Assembly: GCF_030684315.1 (NCBI RefSeq)
Contig: NC_081370.1
Span: 20,977,578 to 21,041,577, forward strand
DNA length: 64,000 nt
Source: Stegostoma tigrinum
Lineage: Eukaryota
Reading direction: 5' to 3'
The position numbers and the translations under genes are program-made. How positions within the stretch are numbered: the first letter of the stretch is position 1; every line of letters starts with the position of its first letter. Positions 1 through 12,390 of the stretch are shown one piece after another. The notes below the pieces were generated by a model. It searched no databases and was not told where the DNA came from. It saw nothing but the letters and a program-made list of their open reading frames with translations.

Positions 1-207
1 ATTTCTGACAGCTATAGCATAGTTATTGAGATAGCACTGTGCAAACTACTAGGACAGGCAAAGCCATATGGAAAACATACACTAAGGCATGCACAAGGGT
101 GATTATTTGATGATTGTATGCAATATGGTATAATTTCATTAACAAGTTTGTATTGGAATGTTTATTTTGTGTTGGATTTTATGTTTACATTGTTGCCTAG
201 AGAATGC

Positions 208-1622
208 TGTAATAGTCAAAGACAGAGTTTAGTGCTGTTGGTGAGTGGGCAATTGGAGTTGCATTCACTGGTACCACAGTGAGCTGAGTCAAGCTTGTAC
301 AGCCCAGACATAGGGGAAGTGAATTCTAGTTGAAACAGGTACTTGAAGTGGTTTCAGAAGAGCGACCAACTTGGAAGAACAGCAAATTACAGTGCAAGAG
401 CCCGAAATACCAGGTGCCTGTGTTTTGTGATTCCACACAGAGAAGGAGCTTAATGTAGGATGTAAAGAAGTGGAGAGTGCCTCTCTACTCATAAGGCACA
501 ACTCTCCAATCAGATATTTGAAAGGTAATAGGGTCAAACAGTCTTCACAGCCAATGATAGCAGCGGAGCTCTGGGGATCTGGAGGAAGTGGCACAAGAGG
601 TTCAATAAACCCATGTTGTTACAACTTCTGGTCAGAATTCCAAAATACATTGAGCAGTTTTTCGACTTTCAATTTGAAAATTTAGTTTTAAAGTCAAGAT
701 TGCTATGGAGACAAGGTAATTATATATGAAAAATCAGTGGCTGGCTGGCAAAAATTCTATGTGGGACTGATGGGACATAGTACCTAAAGGTATCAAAGAA
801 ACTTCAAACAGAGTGCTCTGTGATCTCCTGTGACTACAGAGGTAACAAGGGCTGCTTTACCCCTGCTAAACAGCAAAACACTGTAGATGATGTTCCAAAA
901 GGAAGAATACATAAGAGCAGAGTGAAAAAGGCAGTTTAAACTTTGCTGGAGTGTGCTACTGGGGCTAGACTTCTTCTGAATACCAACCTGTGTTTAAGCA
1001 TCGGTGTGCTTTGAAGGTTACATTTGAAGAACTATCCACTCATCACTCCTGTGTTGCAGGTAAAGAATCTCTCACTCTGAGCTCTAAAAGAACAGCTGGC
1101 TAGCATTCAGACAAAAGGGAAACACGGCAACACAACTATCTTACTCTGAATACTAGAATTCAATCATGGTCAACAGGTATCAGAACTACAAAATCCCAAG
1201 TATTCTCGAAAACACAGGAATATGAAACTGACTGTTCAACTATCAACAACAATGCTACCAATAGCCTTCACTGCAATGGTTTCACTTTAATAATTCAGAA
1301 TCCAATCTGCATATCATTTTGTGTGTTTGTGTGTGTGTGTTTATTTGCACAAGTAGTAATTAATAGACTCACTGTATTTGTTAATTAAAGAATGTCTGAT
1401 TATATTGGCTCCTTTTAATACATAACTTAATTTGAGTTTGGGAGAAAGATATCCATAAGACAAAGTTTCTTTATATAATAATCTTGTTGCAACCAAACAG
1501 TGATATAGACAAAAACAGAAAGGGAGCCAGCTGACCTTGTCATCTATGAGCTTAATGATTTGGTTTATCCTATGTCTAATGGTGACAAGTTAGGGAACAT
1601 CACACGGGGTCCGATCATAACA
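208..1622 (+). mobile_element. Possible solo LTR (Gypsy/ERV-like)
   Basis: Starts TGTAATA (208), ends ATAACA (1622), internal (GT)n and AT-rich 3' part, imperfect 4-bp flanks ATGC/ATGA; no coding capacity. Confidence 0.35.
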
Positions 1623-2049
1623 ATGAGTTACTGAATGTAACGTCAAATACCATGTCCCATCAAATGAATCACTCGATGCACAATCTTTATCATTCATGAC
1701 TCACATTCAACATTCATAGCTTCACCTTACTCTCATATAATTAGCAAAACAGCAAGCCTCACAGTCACATCTCACAGAGATTGCACATAAATTTTTCTGT
1801 GATACCTACATCATCCAGATTGCACCTTACTCACAGACACACTCGTTACTCTTGCAGGAGAAGGTGGCACACAACCAAAGACAACAGCACCCAACTGGGC
1901 TGGCAAACATGACTGAATGTCATCGAGTCAGAGACATACAGCAAAAAATCAGATCCTTCAGCCCACCATGTTCTTGCCAACCAACAAACACCAAAGTACA
2001 CAAACCCCACTTCTCTGCAATTTTTCCATTGCCTGTTATTTCCTAGCAT

Positions 2050-5000
2050 GTTAAGTGCTCATCTAGATAATTTGACTACGACTCAGACAGCAAATTCCAT
2101 GCAAATTTCTATCGCCCTCTGAGTGCAAATAAAAAAATCTCAAATCTCCTCTGAGGCGCTTAGACCTTACCTTTAACTTTAATCCTATGGTCTTTGACAC
2201 ATTGCCATGGAGTGGAGATTCTCATGATCCACTCTCTCCACGCCTCACATAATTTTGTATACCTCATTCAGATGTCCCCTCAACCTCCTCTGCTCCAAGG
2301 AAAACTAAGAGCCTACCCAGTTCCTCCTCCTAACAAACTTTTCATCCCAGGCAACATCCTGGTGAATCTCCTCTGTAGTCTTTTGAGTGCAGTCGTGTCC
2401 TTCCAATAATATGGTAAACAGAACTCCACATTCTATGCTCTGGCTAATGAAGTCAAGCATCCCGTATGCTTTCTTTGCCACCCTGTCTAGCTACACTGAC
2501 ACATTCAGGGATCTATGGCCTTAAACACCAAGGTCCCTCTGTTTCTCAATACTCCATAGGTACTGACAATTCATTGTTTATTTTCTTCCCTTATTAGACC
2601 TCCCAAAATGTATCACTTGGCACCTATTGGGATTAAATTCCATTTGCCATTGCTCTGTCCAATTTACCAGCTGATCAAAATCACGCTATAGGCTGAGACT
2701 ATCCTCTTCACTGCCAACAATTTGTATGTCATCTGCACACTTACTGTTTAAACCTCCAGCACTCACATTCAAGTCATTAATGTACACAACAAACAACAAA
2801 AATCCCAGCACCGATACATCGCTGGTCACAGGCTTCCAATTACAAACAACAACCCTTCACCATCACCTTTTGCCTCCTATTTATAAGCCAATTATGGATC
2901 CAGTTTGACAAGTTGCCTTGGATCCCATTGCTTCTTACCTTAAAGACCAGCCTCCCACGTGGGATCTTGTCAAAGGCCTTACTGAAAGCCATGTAAACTA
3001 AGTCAATGGCATTACCCTCGTCAATATATTTAGTCACCTTTTCAAAAAGCTCGATTAGTCAGATAGGATTTCTCTCAAACATTTCAACCATCCCCATTCA
3101 ATCCTTGCCTTTCCAACTATTTATCAATCCTATCCTTCAGTTTTTTTTTCCCAATAATTTCCCTGCCACTGACGGCAGACTAATTGGTCTGTAATTACCT
3201 GACCTATCCCTGCTGCCCTTCTTTAAAAAAGGAGCACATCAGCTATCCTCTAGTCATCTGGCATTTCACTAGTGGCCAATAGGGCATTAAATATCTCTGC
3301 CAGGACCCCAGCAATCTTACCCCTTACCTCCATAGCAGACTGGGATACATCTCATCAGGCCCTGGGGGGTTTCCCACCTCTGTGCTGTTAAAATATCTAA
3401 TACCTCCTCTTAACTAATCTTAACATGTTCTAGAACCTCAAAATCTAAACAACGTCTTTCTCTGTTAATGCAGATGAGAAGTATTCATTTAAAGTCTCAC
3501 CCATGTCCACTGGCTCCAGACACAGGTTGCCCCTTTGGTCTCTGATCTGTCCCACCCTTTCCTGGTAATCCTCTTACTCTTAATACACTTTTAAAAAGCC
3601 TTGGTGTTTTCCTTGATTTACCTCCAAAGATTCTTCAAGGCCCATTTTTGGCTTCCTAATTTCCCTTTTAAGCAACCCCCTACATTGTCTGTGCTATTGG
3701 AGGGCTTCCCCTGCTTTTGCAAGTTGCATCTGACACACACTTCCTTATTTTTCTTTAAAACCTCTCAGTAGCCCTAGACATCCAGGGTGCCCTGGATCTG
3801 CTGCCCTTGCCCTTTAGTCTTAGGGGAGCACATTGTTCCTGAACTATCACTATGCTACTTTCCAAAATGTAGACTTAACTGTAAGTAGCTGTTTCCAGTC
3901 TCTGTTTGCCAGATTCTTTCTAATGCAATTGAAATTAGTCATAACCCAATTTAGACCCTTAATTTTTGCATTGTCCTTATCCCCTTCCATAATGACTTTG
4001 AAACTTACAGAGTTACAGTCACTGTCTTCAAAATTTTTGCCCACTGAAACTTTAACCACTTGACTAGCTTCATTCCCTAGGACTATGTCTCTCACTGTCT
4101 CATTTCTTGTAGGACTATCCATGTTCTGGCATAGAAAGTTCTTCTGGTTGCATTTTAAAAATTCTGTCTTGCTTAATCCTTTCACACTTATGCAATCCCA
4201 GTTAATATTCGGAAAGTCGAAGTCTCTAGAACGATATCCATGTTTCTCTCACTCTTTTCTATGATTTGCCAAAATATCTGCTCCTCAATCTCCCTCTGAC
4301 CTTTGGGAGGCCTGTAGCATAATTCCAGCAAGGTAATCACCTCTTTTTTTTATTTCTAAGCTCCACCTGGATGGCGTGATATAAAGTTCTTTCTACGATG
4401 TCCGCCCTTATTACTGCAGTGATGGTTTCCTTTATCAGTTATGCAATATCCACTTCTGTTACTTCTCACCTGATTACTGCCTGAAATTTCTATACTTTGA
4501 AATGTTGAGCTGCCACTCCTGTCCTTCCCTCAACTGTGTCTCAGCAACTGCACCAATATTATATTCCCATGTGCTGACCAATGATGTAAGTTCATCTGCA
4601 TTACCAATCAAGACCCTTGCATTACAACAGATACAATTTAGCTATCCAGACCTTCCATGTGCCTTGTTAAGTGTATGTTTTCTGTGCCTATTGGATTGTC
4701 CTAGCACTTCTTCTATATCTGATCAAACTTTACTCTTGACCTTACGCCTACTCTGTGCCCTCTCCTTCAGCCAAATCAGTTTAAAATCCCCCCAACAGCA
4801 AGAGCAAACTTCCCAGCAACGATATTGGGCATATTCCAGTTCAAATAAAATTTGGCCGACTTATAAAGACCCCACCAACTCCAGAAGCCTATCTAATGAT
4901 CTAAAAATCTCAAGTCCTCCCTCTTACATTATCCCTTTAGCCACGCATGCATCCAATCTATTGTCCTGTTCCTATACACTGTTGTGTGTGGCAGTAAACA

Positions 5001-5770
5001 TAATGCAAGGATTACAACATTAATAGATTCAGAGATAATTGGAACTGCTGCTGCTGGAGAATCTGAGATAACAAGGTGTACAACTGGAATGAGCACAGCA
5101 GGCCAGGCAGCATTAGAGGAGCAGGGAAGCTGCTGTTTTGGGCCTGGATCCTTCTTCAGAAATGGGGGGAGAGGAAAGGGGTTCTGAAATAAATAGAGAC
5201 AGAGAAGGAGGCGGATGGAAGATGGATAAAGGAGCAGATAGGTGGAAAGGAGATGGGCGGGTCAAGAAGCGGTGATGGAGCCAGGTTCTATAGGCGGGTA
5301 CTGAGAAAGACAATGTGGCTGTAGTACTTGGTTTGCTTCAGGAAGTGGTCGAACAGCTTCAGGCCCAAAGAGATTACAAAAGGGTTGCAGTGGGAGAGAG
5401 ATCCACTGAGGTCTTTCCGGACGGAGGATACAACATTAGTGGTCTTCCTCTTTAATCAAATGCCTAAGTCTCTCCAATGCTGCTGCAATACCACATGTTT
5501 TACCCATGTCATTGTTACCAACATGTAGCAATGACTACTGGCTGTTCACCGTCCCCCTTCAGAATGCCTTGCAGCTGCTTTGAGCTATCCACTATCCTGG
5601 CACCAGGGAGGTAATATACCATTTGAGAGTCTCATTTGCTGCCACAGAACTGCCTGTCAATTCCCCTTACAACTGAGTCCCCTATCGCTAAAACTGTAAT
5701 AATATTTTTCCTCCCTTGCTTTGCATTAGTGCCAACTGTGGTGCCACCAACTTGACTGTCCTTCCAGGTA
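2050..5770 (-). mobile_element. Decayed near-full-length CR1-clade LINE (HER1-like)
   Basis: Minus-strand ORF pieces in the correct order: ORF1 esterase motif 'VLAIGDSVVRGID' (5632-5832), endonuclease C-terminus 'PTRNETVRDIVLGN...SDCNSVSF' (3850-4185), RT 'DLVYMAFSKAFDKIPRGRL...WIHNWL' (2840-3037); many stops and frameshifts. Confidence 0.88.
5031..5428 (-). mobile_element. Penelope-like element fragment (pLTR plus tail) nested in the CR1
   Basis: Matches the terminal repeat of the 20486-23260 PLE, with a decayed hammerhead motif; flanked by degenerate duplication with exact core TACAACATTA (5013-5022 / 5429-5438). Confidence 0.8.
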
Positions 5771-6109
5771 TGGAAGAAACAGTGATCATAATTATTAAAG
5801 TGGCCATGGCCAACAGTGCATGATATGCTCAAATATCATCCTCTCACCCACACTTCTCTTACCGACCATCCCATAATCTCTTCTAACATACGTACTTCAG
5901 ATGGTGGAAGCGCGTACCTCTCACCTTCTAAACTTTCCCTCCTCACAACCTGAGCATTGTGCCTTTCTGCTTTCAAACACCCAAGCGCTGTAATCGAGCC
6001 AGATAACCATGGAAGAGAAAGAGATGGAAGAGTAGTAAGGCCTTGATAAAGAATAAAACACTGCCAACTACTTTCACATATACAGTCACTGGTGGAGATG
6101 TTATGATGG

Positions 6110-6465
6110 TAATGATAATACTATGGACATGTCACTGAACTCACAACCCAGACAGCCAGGCCTAATAGAGGAGAAATGGTGGGTTGAAATCCCACTACAA
6201 CAGCAATGAATAAAACCTGTTATATAAAGCTGGTCTCAATCATGGTGACCATGGAACTATTATCAATTGTCATCATTAGTTCACTAATTTCTTTTGAGGA
6301 AGAAAATTGACCACCTGACATGACCCCAGATCCATAGAAAAGTGCTTAATTCTCAACTGCCCACCAGAAAGGTCCAGCAAACCAAACATGTCAAAGTCAG
6401 TTAAGGATAAACAAAAACATGCTAGCCTTGCCACGGCTGTCCACATACAATGAAATACATTTTTT
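6110..6465 (+). mobile_element. Old tRNA-derived SINE
   Basis: B-box-like GGTTGAAATCCC and 3' end ...GCTAGCCTTGCCA...CCACATAC-AATGAA; homologous to 38485-38820(-) and 54468-54795(+). Confidence 0.65.
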
Positions 6466-7864
6466 AAAAAGGTAATGGAGATTTTGGTGAGACGTTAGGC
6501 TTGAGTGGCCTGAAACTATAAGAATAATAAGAGGTGCCAGCTCACTGGGTTGCCTAGTCACATGTGAGTTTAGCTGCACAGGACACAAACAGGTTTGATG
6601 GGGAAATGTGCCTACATGTGAACTTTCGGCTGTACAATGAAAATGGAGGAAACGCTATTTGCTGTAACAAATATGCCACAGTGCAACAAAGCACTCTCAC
6701 ACATATGGTTCTACGCCCATAAATTAAAGAACAATTCTCAGCCTAATGTTGCGTCTGTAGGGGAATGAAAGTAATTTTAATAATTTGAATGCAGAGAGCT
6801 TGAGTGACCTTGAGCACCAGTAATTCAACAATGTCTTAGGGACCTGCAGAAAGAATTTACTGAGTATTAACAGATTGTGTTGGTGAGTCAGTCACAGGGA
6901 AGGACAGAGACAGATCTTAATTTGAAAGAGCAGCAGACAGGGAACCATCTGTTTATAAAGTTACCCACTTTAATGCTTTAGCAAATTCAAGTAACAAGAG
7001 GCTTGTACACACATGGCATTATTTAATTTAAGCCTCAAAAACACTCATATTAGTGCTTGTATCAATGAATTGAATCGTGATGTACTTTACATGTTGTAAG
7101 GTCATGATTTCATGCATTCTGTGAAATCTGAATTGTAAATAGCATCATCTGAGTAAAAGTTTAACCTTTTAGCGATTAGGGAAAGGGTAGTAAAAATATT
7201 TCAAATATAGATTACAAGCAATATTCTGGGTTGCACTTCATGCTATTAAATGTATAACTCATTCTTTTCCACGCTCTGTTACCTTGAATCAGAATCAGGT
7301 AGAACGACAGCTATCAGCTTGTGAGTTGTGCACTTCCTGTAACTCTCAGTAAAACTTGCACCTTTGATGAGGTTGCAAAGTGTTATAGCTTTAAGCATGA
7401 TAATCTTTTTTCTGAATTTCTAGTTTGCAGACTTAAAAACACTGACTCACTGACCCATCTGAGATAATTTGATTGGCACCCAAAGTCCTCTATATCTTCA
7501 TGTGGTTAGCAGGCTATTTGACAAATGGAATGCTCATAATCCATGCACAATCCTAGTCTTTTGTCAACATTCATAGACGCACACTACCCTGCAAGGCCTA
7601 TTAACACTCTGTGATGTATGAACAATGGTTGTTTAAGTAAAGAACTACAGAATTATTGACATCCGTGGTTGGCAATTAATAAGATGTTTCTAATCAACTC
7701 CTGCCAGAATACAAATCTGGAATAGGTAGGGCATGACCATAGACCTTGTGAACCAAAAGTAGGGACACTACCAGTGCACCATCAAAGCACATTGGATTAG
7801 AAATTCATCACCTTAATCTTACAGTTACCACATTATCTGCAAATTACTTATAATTAAGCTGTTC

Positions 7865-7958
7865 AGGCATGTTAATAAATACTACCAGGGTAGGTGGGTC
7901 TGAAACCTGGATGTTCTGGCCTGGCTGCAAGGACGCTACTACTGTGCCATTGGAGACC
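7865..7958 (-). mobile_element. Short tRNA-derived SINE
   Basis: Reverse complement has A-box TGGCACAGTAGTAG and B-box-like GGTTTCAGACCC; similar to 9565-9667(-), 9168-9250(+) and ~18075-18178(-). Confidence 0.55.
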
Positions 7959-8829
7959 TAAAGCACTGATGAGAGTAGGCATTAAAGTGACAATCCTGAT
8001 CAATTTCAGCCCATAATTTTTCATGGTACAGAATCATTGAAAACAACTGTGGATTACAGTTGCTGCCTGTATTTTTGTTGGACCAGCTGACTCATCAAAG
8101 ATAAGAGTGGAGTTTTAAAAAATTGCTTCAGTTTATGTGGTAAATCATCAAATTGACTTGCAATATGTTTCCTTACTTGTAAAGATTTGATAGAGTACAG
8201 TCGGTAAAAATCAATACTTGGCAGTTAAAGGGATATCTGCATTCATGCAGTAAGTTACTAGCACCCCTGTACTGAATGACATTTCAATCTATCAAACCTG
8301 TGATTAATGTTTAATTGTCTCAAAGCTACAAAGAGTATACTGCAAAATTTGAGTTCTATTCATTTCCGAGAGGTAAAGTTAAACTGGGGATATTGGTGGG
8401 TGGCAGGATAGAGACAAAAACACCTCTCTACCTCACTGTCTGTATCATTTATTCTATATTAACAATTGTCTGTTTAAATCCAATATAGTTGGAGCTCCAG
8501 CACCCTAAATCATTTGGGATTGCTATTACCCCATGGAATGAAGAGGGACTTTACAGCATGCTTCAGTGCCATCTACTGTGAAAGAAGTGTATATCATATC
8601 CAAAATGATAGTTTCCAAAATAATTACGATATTCCTTTTTCAATCTGTGGCGAAAAAGAAGCATTTCTTTTGTTATTTATGAACAAAGCTTTCCAAAATT
8701 CTTTTTCTGAATGCACACTGAAGTACAATTTTCAATAGTGCTGCTAGCCCACATTTGAACAAAGGTATTGTATATAGGCAGAATACTCATATGTTACAAG
8801 CTTTCTCTGGCCTTCATTGGTATTATTGT

Positions 8830-9165
8830 TGGTCCAGTGGTAGCTCCTTTAATTCTGAATCAGAAGTATGGCTGTTCAAGTCACATCCTGGTAACGTAAA
8901 CAAAACATCACAAAGTGCTATGCTTTTGGGGCACCATCCTTCAGATAAGATGCTGTCTAGCCTCTCAGGTGGAAGTATTCCATGTGATTATTTGGAAGAG
9001 CAAAGAAATTATGCTGGTCAATATTTATTATTCAACAAAGGCAATCTAACCACTTACCTCCTAATTGTTAGTACTTCTGGCAATTTGCAAATTGAACCCT
9101 ACATTCAAACAGTAACTGCACTTCCAAAGTTATTCATTGATTTTGAAGAACTTGTAAATAACTTG
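8830..9165 (+). mobile_element. Deu-domain SINE (SacSINE1/AmnSINE1-like), decayed
   Basis: tRNA-like head, then Deu-like core CACCATCCTTCAGATAAGATG...CTCTCAGGTGG...GAAGAGCA...GGTCAATATTTAT, then tail ACAGTAACTGCACTTCCAAAG. Confidence 0.6.
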
Positions 9166-9564
9166 AGGGAATCTTGTGATGCAACGGTAGAGTCCCTAGG
9201 AAATTGAAGTCCCACCAGTCCTAAAGAGTATCATAACATGTCTGAACAAATAATGATGAGCACGATAAGCATCTTGAGGTCAACAAGTGCAAGTTGTATC
9301 TTTGGCACTGAGTGTGCAGAAGATCATGCATTTTGATGGATAACAATACCCAAGGTGTCTGTAATTGTTACCATTGCATTTTCCCATATCACAATTTTAT
9401 AAGGCATAATTTTCCTTTCAATTAACAACATAATTTACCATCAGCTAAAAGGGTAATTTCATTAGTGCTAGCTTAAAGTAAGTGTGATTAGCTTTCTAAC
9501 AGGCTACATCTGCCAGCTTGGCTCACTTCATAAGGCACTCAGCCTGAAGGCCATGTCCTTTAGC

Positions 9565-9667
9565 TGGTTTTCATCAACCTGTTCAGAGATACCTCTGGAG
9601 CAGGTGGGGCTTGAACTTAGGCCTTCAGGCCTAGACATAGGGACACTACCACTCTGCCACAAGAGCC
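9565..9667 (-). mobile_element. Short tRNA-derived SINE
   Basis: Reverse complement GGCTCTTGTGGCAGAGTGGTAGTGTCCCT...AAGTTCAAGCCCCACCTG has A and B boxes. Confidence 0.6.
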
Positions 9668-9791
9668 TGTAGACTGACTTTATTTTTGTCTGCTGAAAGG
9701 TATTTAGCAATAAGCAGAGGCAGAAAACACCTTTCTAATAAACAGATGGAGGCAGAATGCTTATAGGAAACTGCCAATAATGAATTGTTTC

Positions 9792-10023
9792 AGAGATAAT
9801 GGGAACTGCAGATGCTGGAGAATCCGAGATATCAAAGCTTGAAGCTGGATGAACACAGCAGGCCAAGCAGCATCTTAGCAGCACAAAAGCTGACGTTTTG
9901 AGCGTAGACCCTTCATCAGAAAAACTTTTTCTGATGAAGGGTCTAGGCCTGAAACGTCAGCTTTTGTGCTCCTAAGATGCTGTTTGACCTGCTGCGTTCA
10001 TCCAGCTCCATACTTTGTCATCT
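9792..10023 (-). mobile_element. Fold-back PLE mini-element (family 1) with hammerhead motif
   Basis: Tail plus ~95-bp inverted arms around a short A/T spacer; CTGATGAAGGGTCTAGGCCTGAAACGTCAG at 9931-9960; 21-bp TSD CTGCCAATAATGAATTGTTTC (9771-9791) / CTGCCACTAAGGAATGGTTTC (10024-10044), 3 mismatches. Confidence 0.9.
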
Positions 10024-10264
10024 CTGCCACTAAGGAATGGTTTCTAAACTATAAGAATTTTTAAAGTTTTGCTAGCCATCAAAGATGCATTTTAAATCGA
10101 GCATTTTGGAATACAACAGAAAGACTTAACACATTGAATAGAGTCTAATCCTGATGTTTAAGGTGACTGAGATTTCATAAATAATTTTACACTAAAATTC
10201 CACAGATGACAGAAGCTCTGAAGGCTTAGTTGCTAGATATGGCTCAGTTAATAGTCTTATGCAT

Positions 10265-10610
10265 CACTATAAGGTGGCTTTAGGTTCAGACAGCAGTATA
10301 GAAATTAAAGCACAAAATTTACGCTGAAACCTTATTGCTGTATTGAGGGAGTGTCGTGCTCTCTTTTGGATGGTGTTTTAAACCAAATTTTTGCCTGCCC
10401 CTCATGTTACAATTTTGAAGAAGTGCAGGCAACCTACCCCTGATGACTGCCAGTATTTCTCTCTCAATCAACATAACTAAAGCAGCTCAATATGTTTGTG
10501 GAACCTTGCCATGTGCAAACTGACTGCTGTATTACAACTGTGACCACACTTCAAAAGTAATTTGACTGAGAAGCACTTTTTTACATCCTAAGGTGCTAAA
10601 AATTGCGTAA
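10265..10610 (+). mobile_element. Deu-domain SINE, decayed
   Basis: TATTGAGGGAGTG...TTTTGGATGG...AAACC...GAAGAAGTGCAGG...CCAGTATTTCTCTCTCAATCAAC...ACAACTGTGACCACACTTCAAAAG; homologous to 8830-9165. Confidence 0.55.
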
Positions 10611-10939
10611 GTCCATTTATTTTTAAGTTTCAGAAAAAGTTAAGTTAAAGTTCGATCAAAACCTTACATGCCAAGAGTGTTTACCTTCATATCAAGATTA
10701 GTACACCATTGGTCCAAACATGTATGCTACTATATTAAAATAAGAGAAATAATGCCTCTGCCAAATATTGCACAGATGAATCTCATACAATTTTTTACAT
10801 TTCCTAATTTTTGTCCTTGTCTTCCTTTTCCTTTATTCATACCCCAATGTCTCAAGTAATTAAAAAGTCTCCCATTAAAACTATTATGTACTTATTGCAC
10901 ATTTATGTAAATTCCTTGCAAATTTGCTTCTCAACTTCT

Positions 10940-11450
10940 TTTCCATTGGTCTATAGACTATATCAAGCAATGGAATTGTGCATTCTTTATTCCTGCCTTC
11001 TCCTTAATTTGATTCTGTCCTGGAAATCCTTGTGTCATTCTTCCTCTCTTGCAGAGTGATGTACACTTTAATTAATTGTGCCACTTCTTCTCCTTTTCTT
11101 CCTTTTGCATTTCTTGTCACCAACTTGTATCCATAAACATTAATACCCTATCCTGCCCTTCTTTGATATCACAACAGCCTGATATTTTCTCATGGCTGTC
11201 TGTGCCTGCAATCCATTAAAGTCATTTACCAAACTTTACATGCCCATATGTATGCAAAGTAACTAAAGACTTCATTACTTTCCTTCTGGCACTGAACCCA
11301 CCTAAAACCTCACTAATTCTGTTTTGATCCATTACTATCTGTCTCTCCTTCCCAGTGCTCTATGTGCCTGGGTATCCCTCTGCAGTATTGTCTTCTAATT
11401 CCCACACCCCTGCCAAGGTTAATGCCGCTAACAAATTGCCCCCAGAAAAT
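10940..11450 (-). mobile_element. CR1 fragment (ORF1/endonuclease junction)
   Basis: Similar to 4480-4830 of the first CR1. Confidence 0.5.
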
Positions 11451-12019
11451 TAATCAGCAAAGCTGGCGTTTGTCATGTATCTGATATTCAGTGTAAATTT
11501 GGACATTACATTCATCTTCTATTCTACTTTCATCTTATGTCCGTATATCAGTGTACTGGATGACAGTTTAAAACATCAGCACTGGTTAATTATTCCAGAG
11601 TTTCTAGTCAAGGGAACTGAAACAGCACGCTATGGCAGGGAAGTTATCTCAAAACAACTTGGAGAATCAAACTTGTCACTGTTAAACTATGAATATCTTA
11701 GTTTCCAAATAGGCGCTGTACTAATCACTTCGTCCTTTTGTGAACTTCAGACTGCTTCTGTAAAGGGAAGTTGTTGGTTCTCCCCTGTTAGATGTGGTTA
11801 TTCCACGGGATTTATGTGGCAAGAATGTTACTTGTCGTTTGTCTTCTCAAGTCTGAATGTGATCCTGAATTTACTAGCCATGGTACAAACTGATTCAGCA
11901 TGTCTGGAGTCACAAATACTGCAGATCATTGTGTAGACAGTTAATATTCTCAGTTCTGACCTTTCGATTAAGCAAAGGTAATTGATGAAATAGTTGACAA
12001 TGACTGGGCCAATGCAGCT

Positions 12020-12390
12020 AACTGGAGGAACTCCAGACTGACTTCCAACAATCAAAATCATATTCCTTTGCATTAGATATGACAACAACTAACAGAAAGT
12101 TTCCTATGATTCCTATTGATTTCAGTTTTGTTAGGTCTCCTTACAATTTCATACTCTGTCAAGTGTTACCTTAATGTCAAGGGTGGTCACTTTCGCTTCA
12201 CTTCCTGATTTCAGCTCTTATGTCCATGTTTGGATCAAGGCTATAATGAATTCAGGAGCTGAGTGCCTGCTGGTGCCTTGACTAGTTCAGTGAGCAGGAT
12301 ATTGTTGAACAAGAGCCACATGATGACACATTGCATCACTTTGCTGATGATTGAGACTTGACTTTTACGACAGTAAGTGGCGAGGCAATG
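12020..12390 (-). mobile_element. Non-LTR retrotransposon RT fragment
   Basis: Reverse strand encodes 'LDIKVTLDRV' (ALDIKAAFDRVWH-type RT motif); probably related pieces at ~13090-13292(+) and ~16340-16680(-). Confidence 0.55.

Noticed and set aside
4502-5023. 173-aa plus-strand ORF
   Set aside because: Antisense to the CR1 ORF1/ORF2 junction; no recognisable domain.
9792-10023. Hairpin as a pre-miRNA or DNA-transposon MITE
   Set aside because: The arms are PLE pLTR sequence with an asymmetric tail and a 21-bp TSD, which does not fit cut-and-paste MITEs; there is no evidence for a defined miRNA.
11475-11936. 153-aa ORF as a possible host exon
   Set aside because: No recognisable homology or convincing splice signals; composition resembles non-coding DNA.
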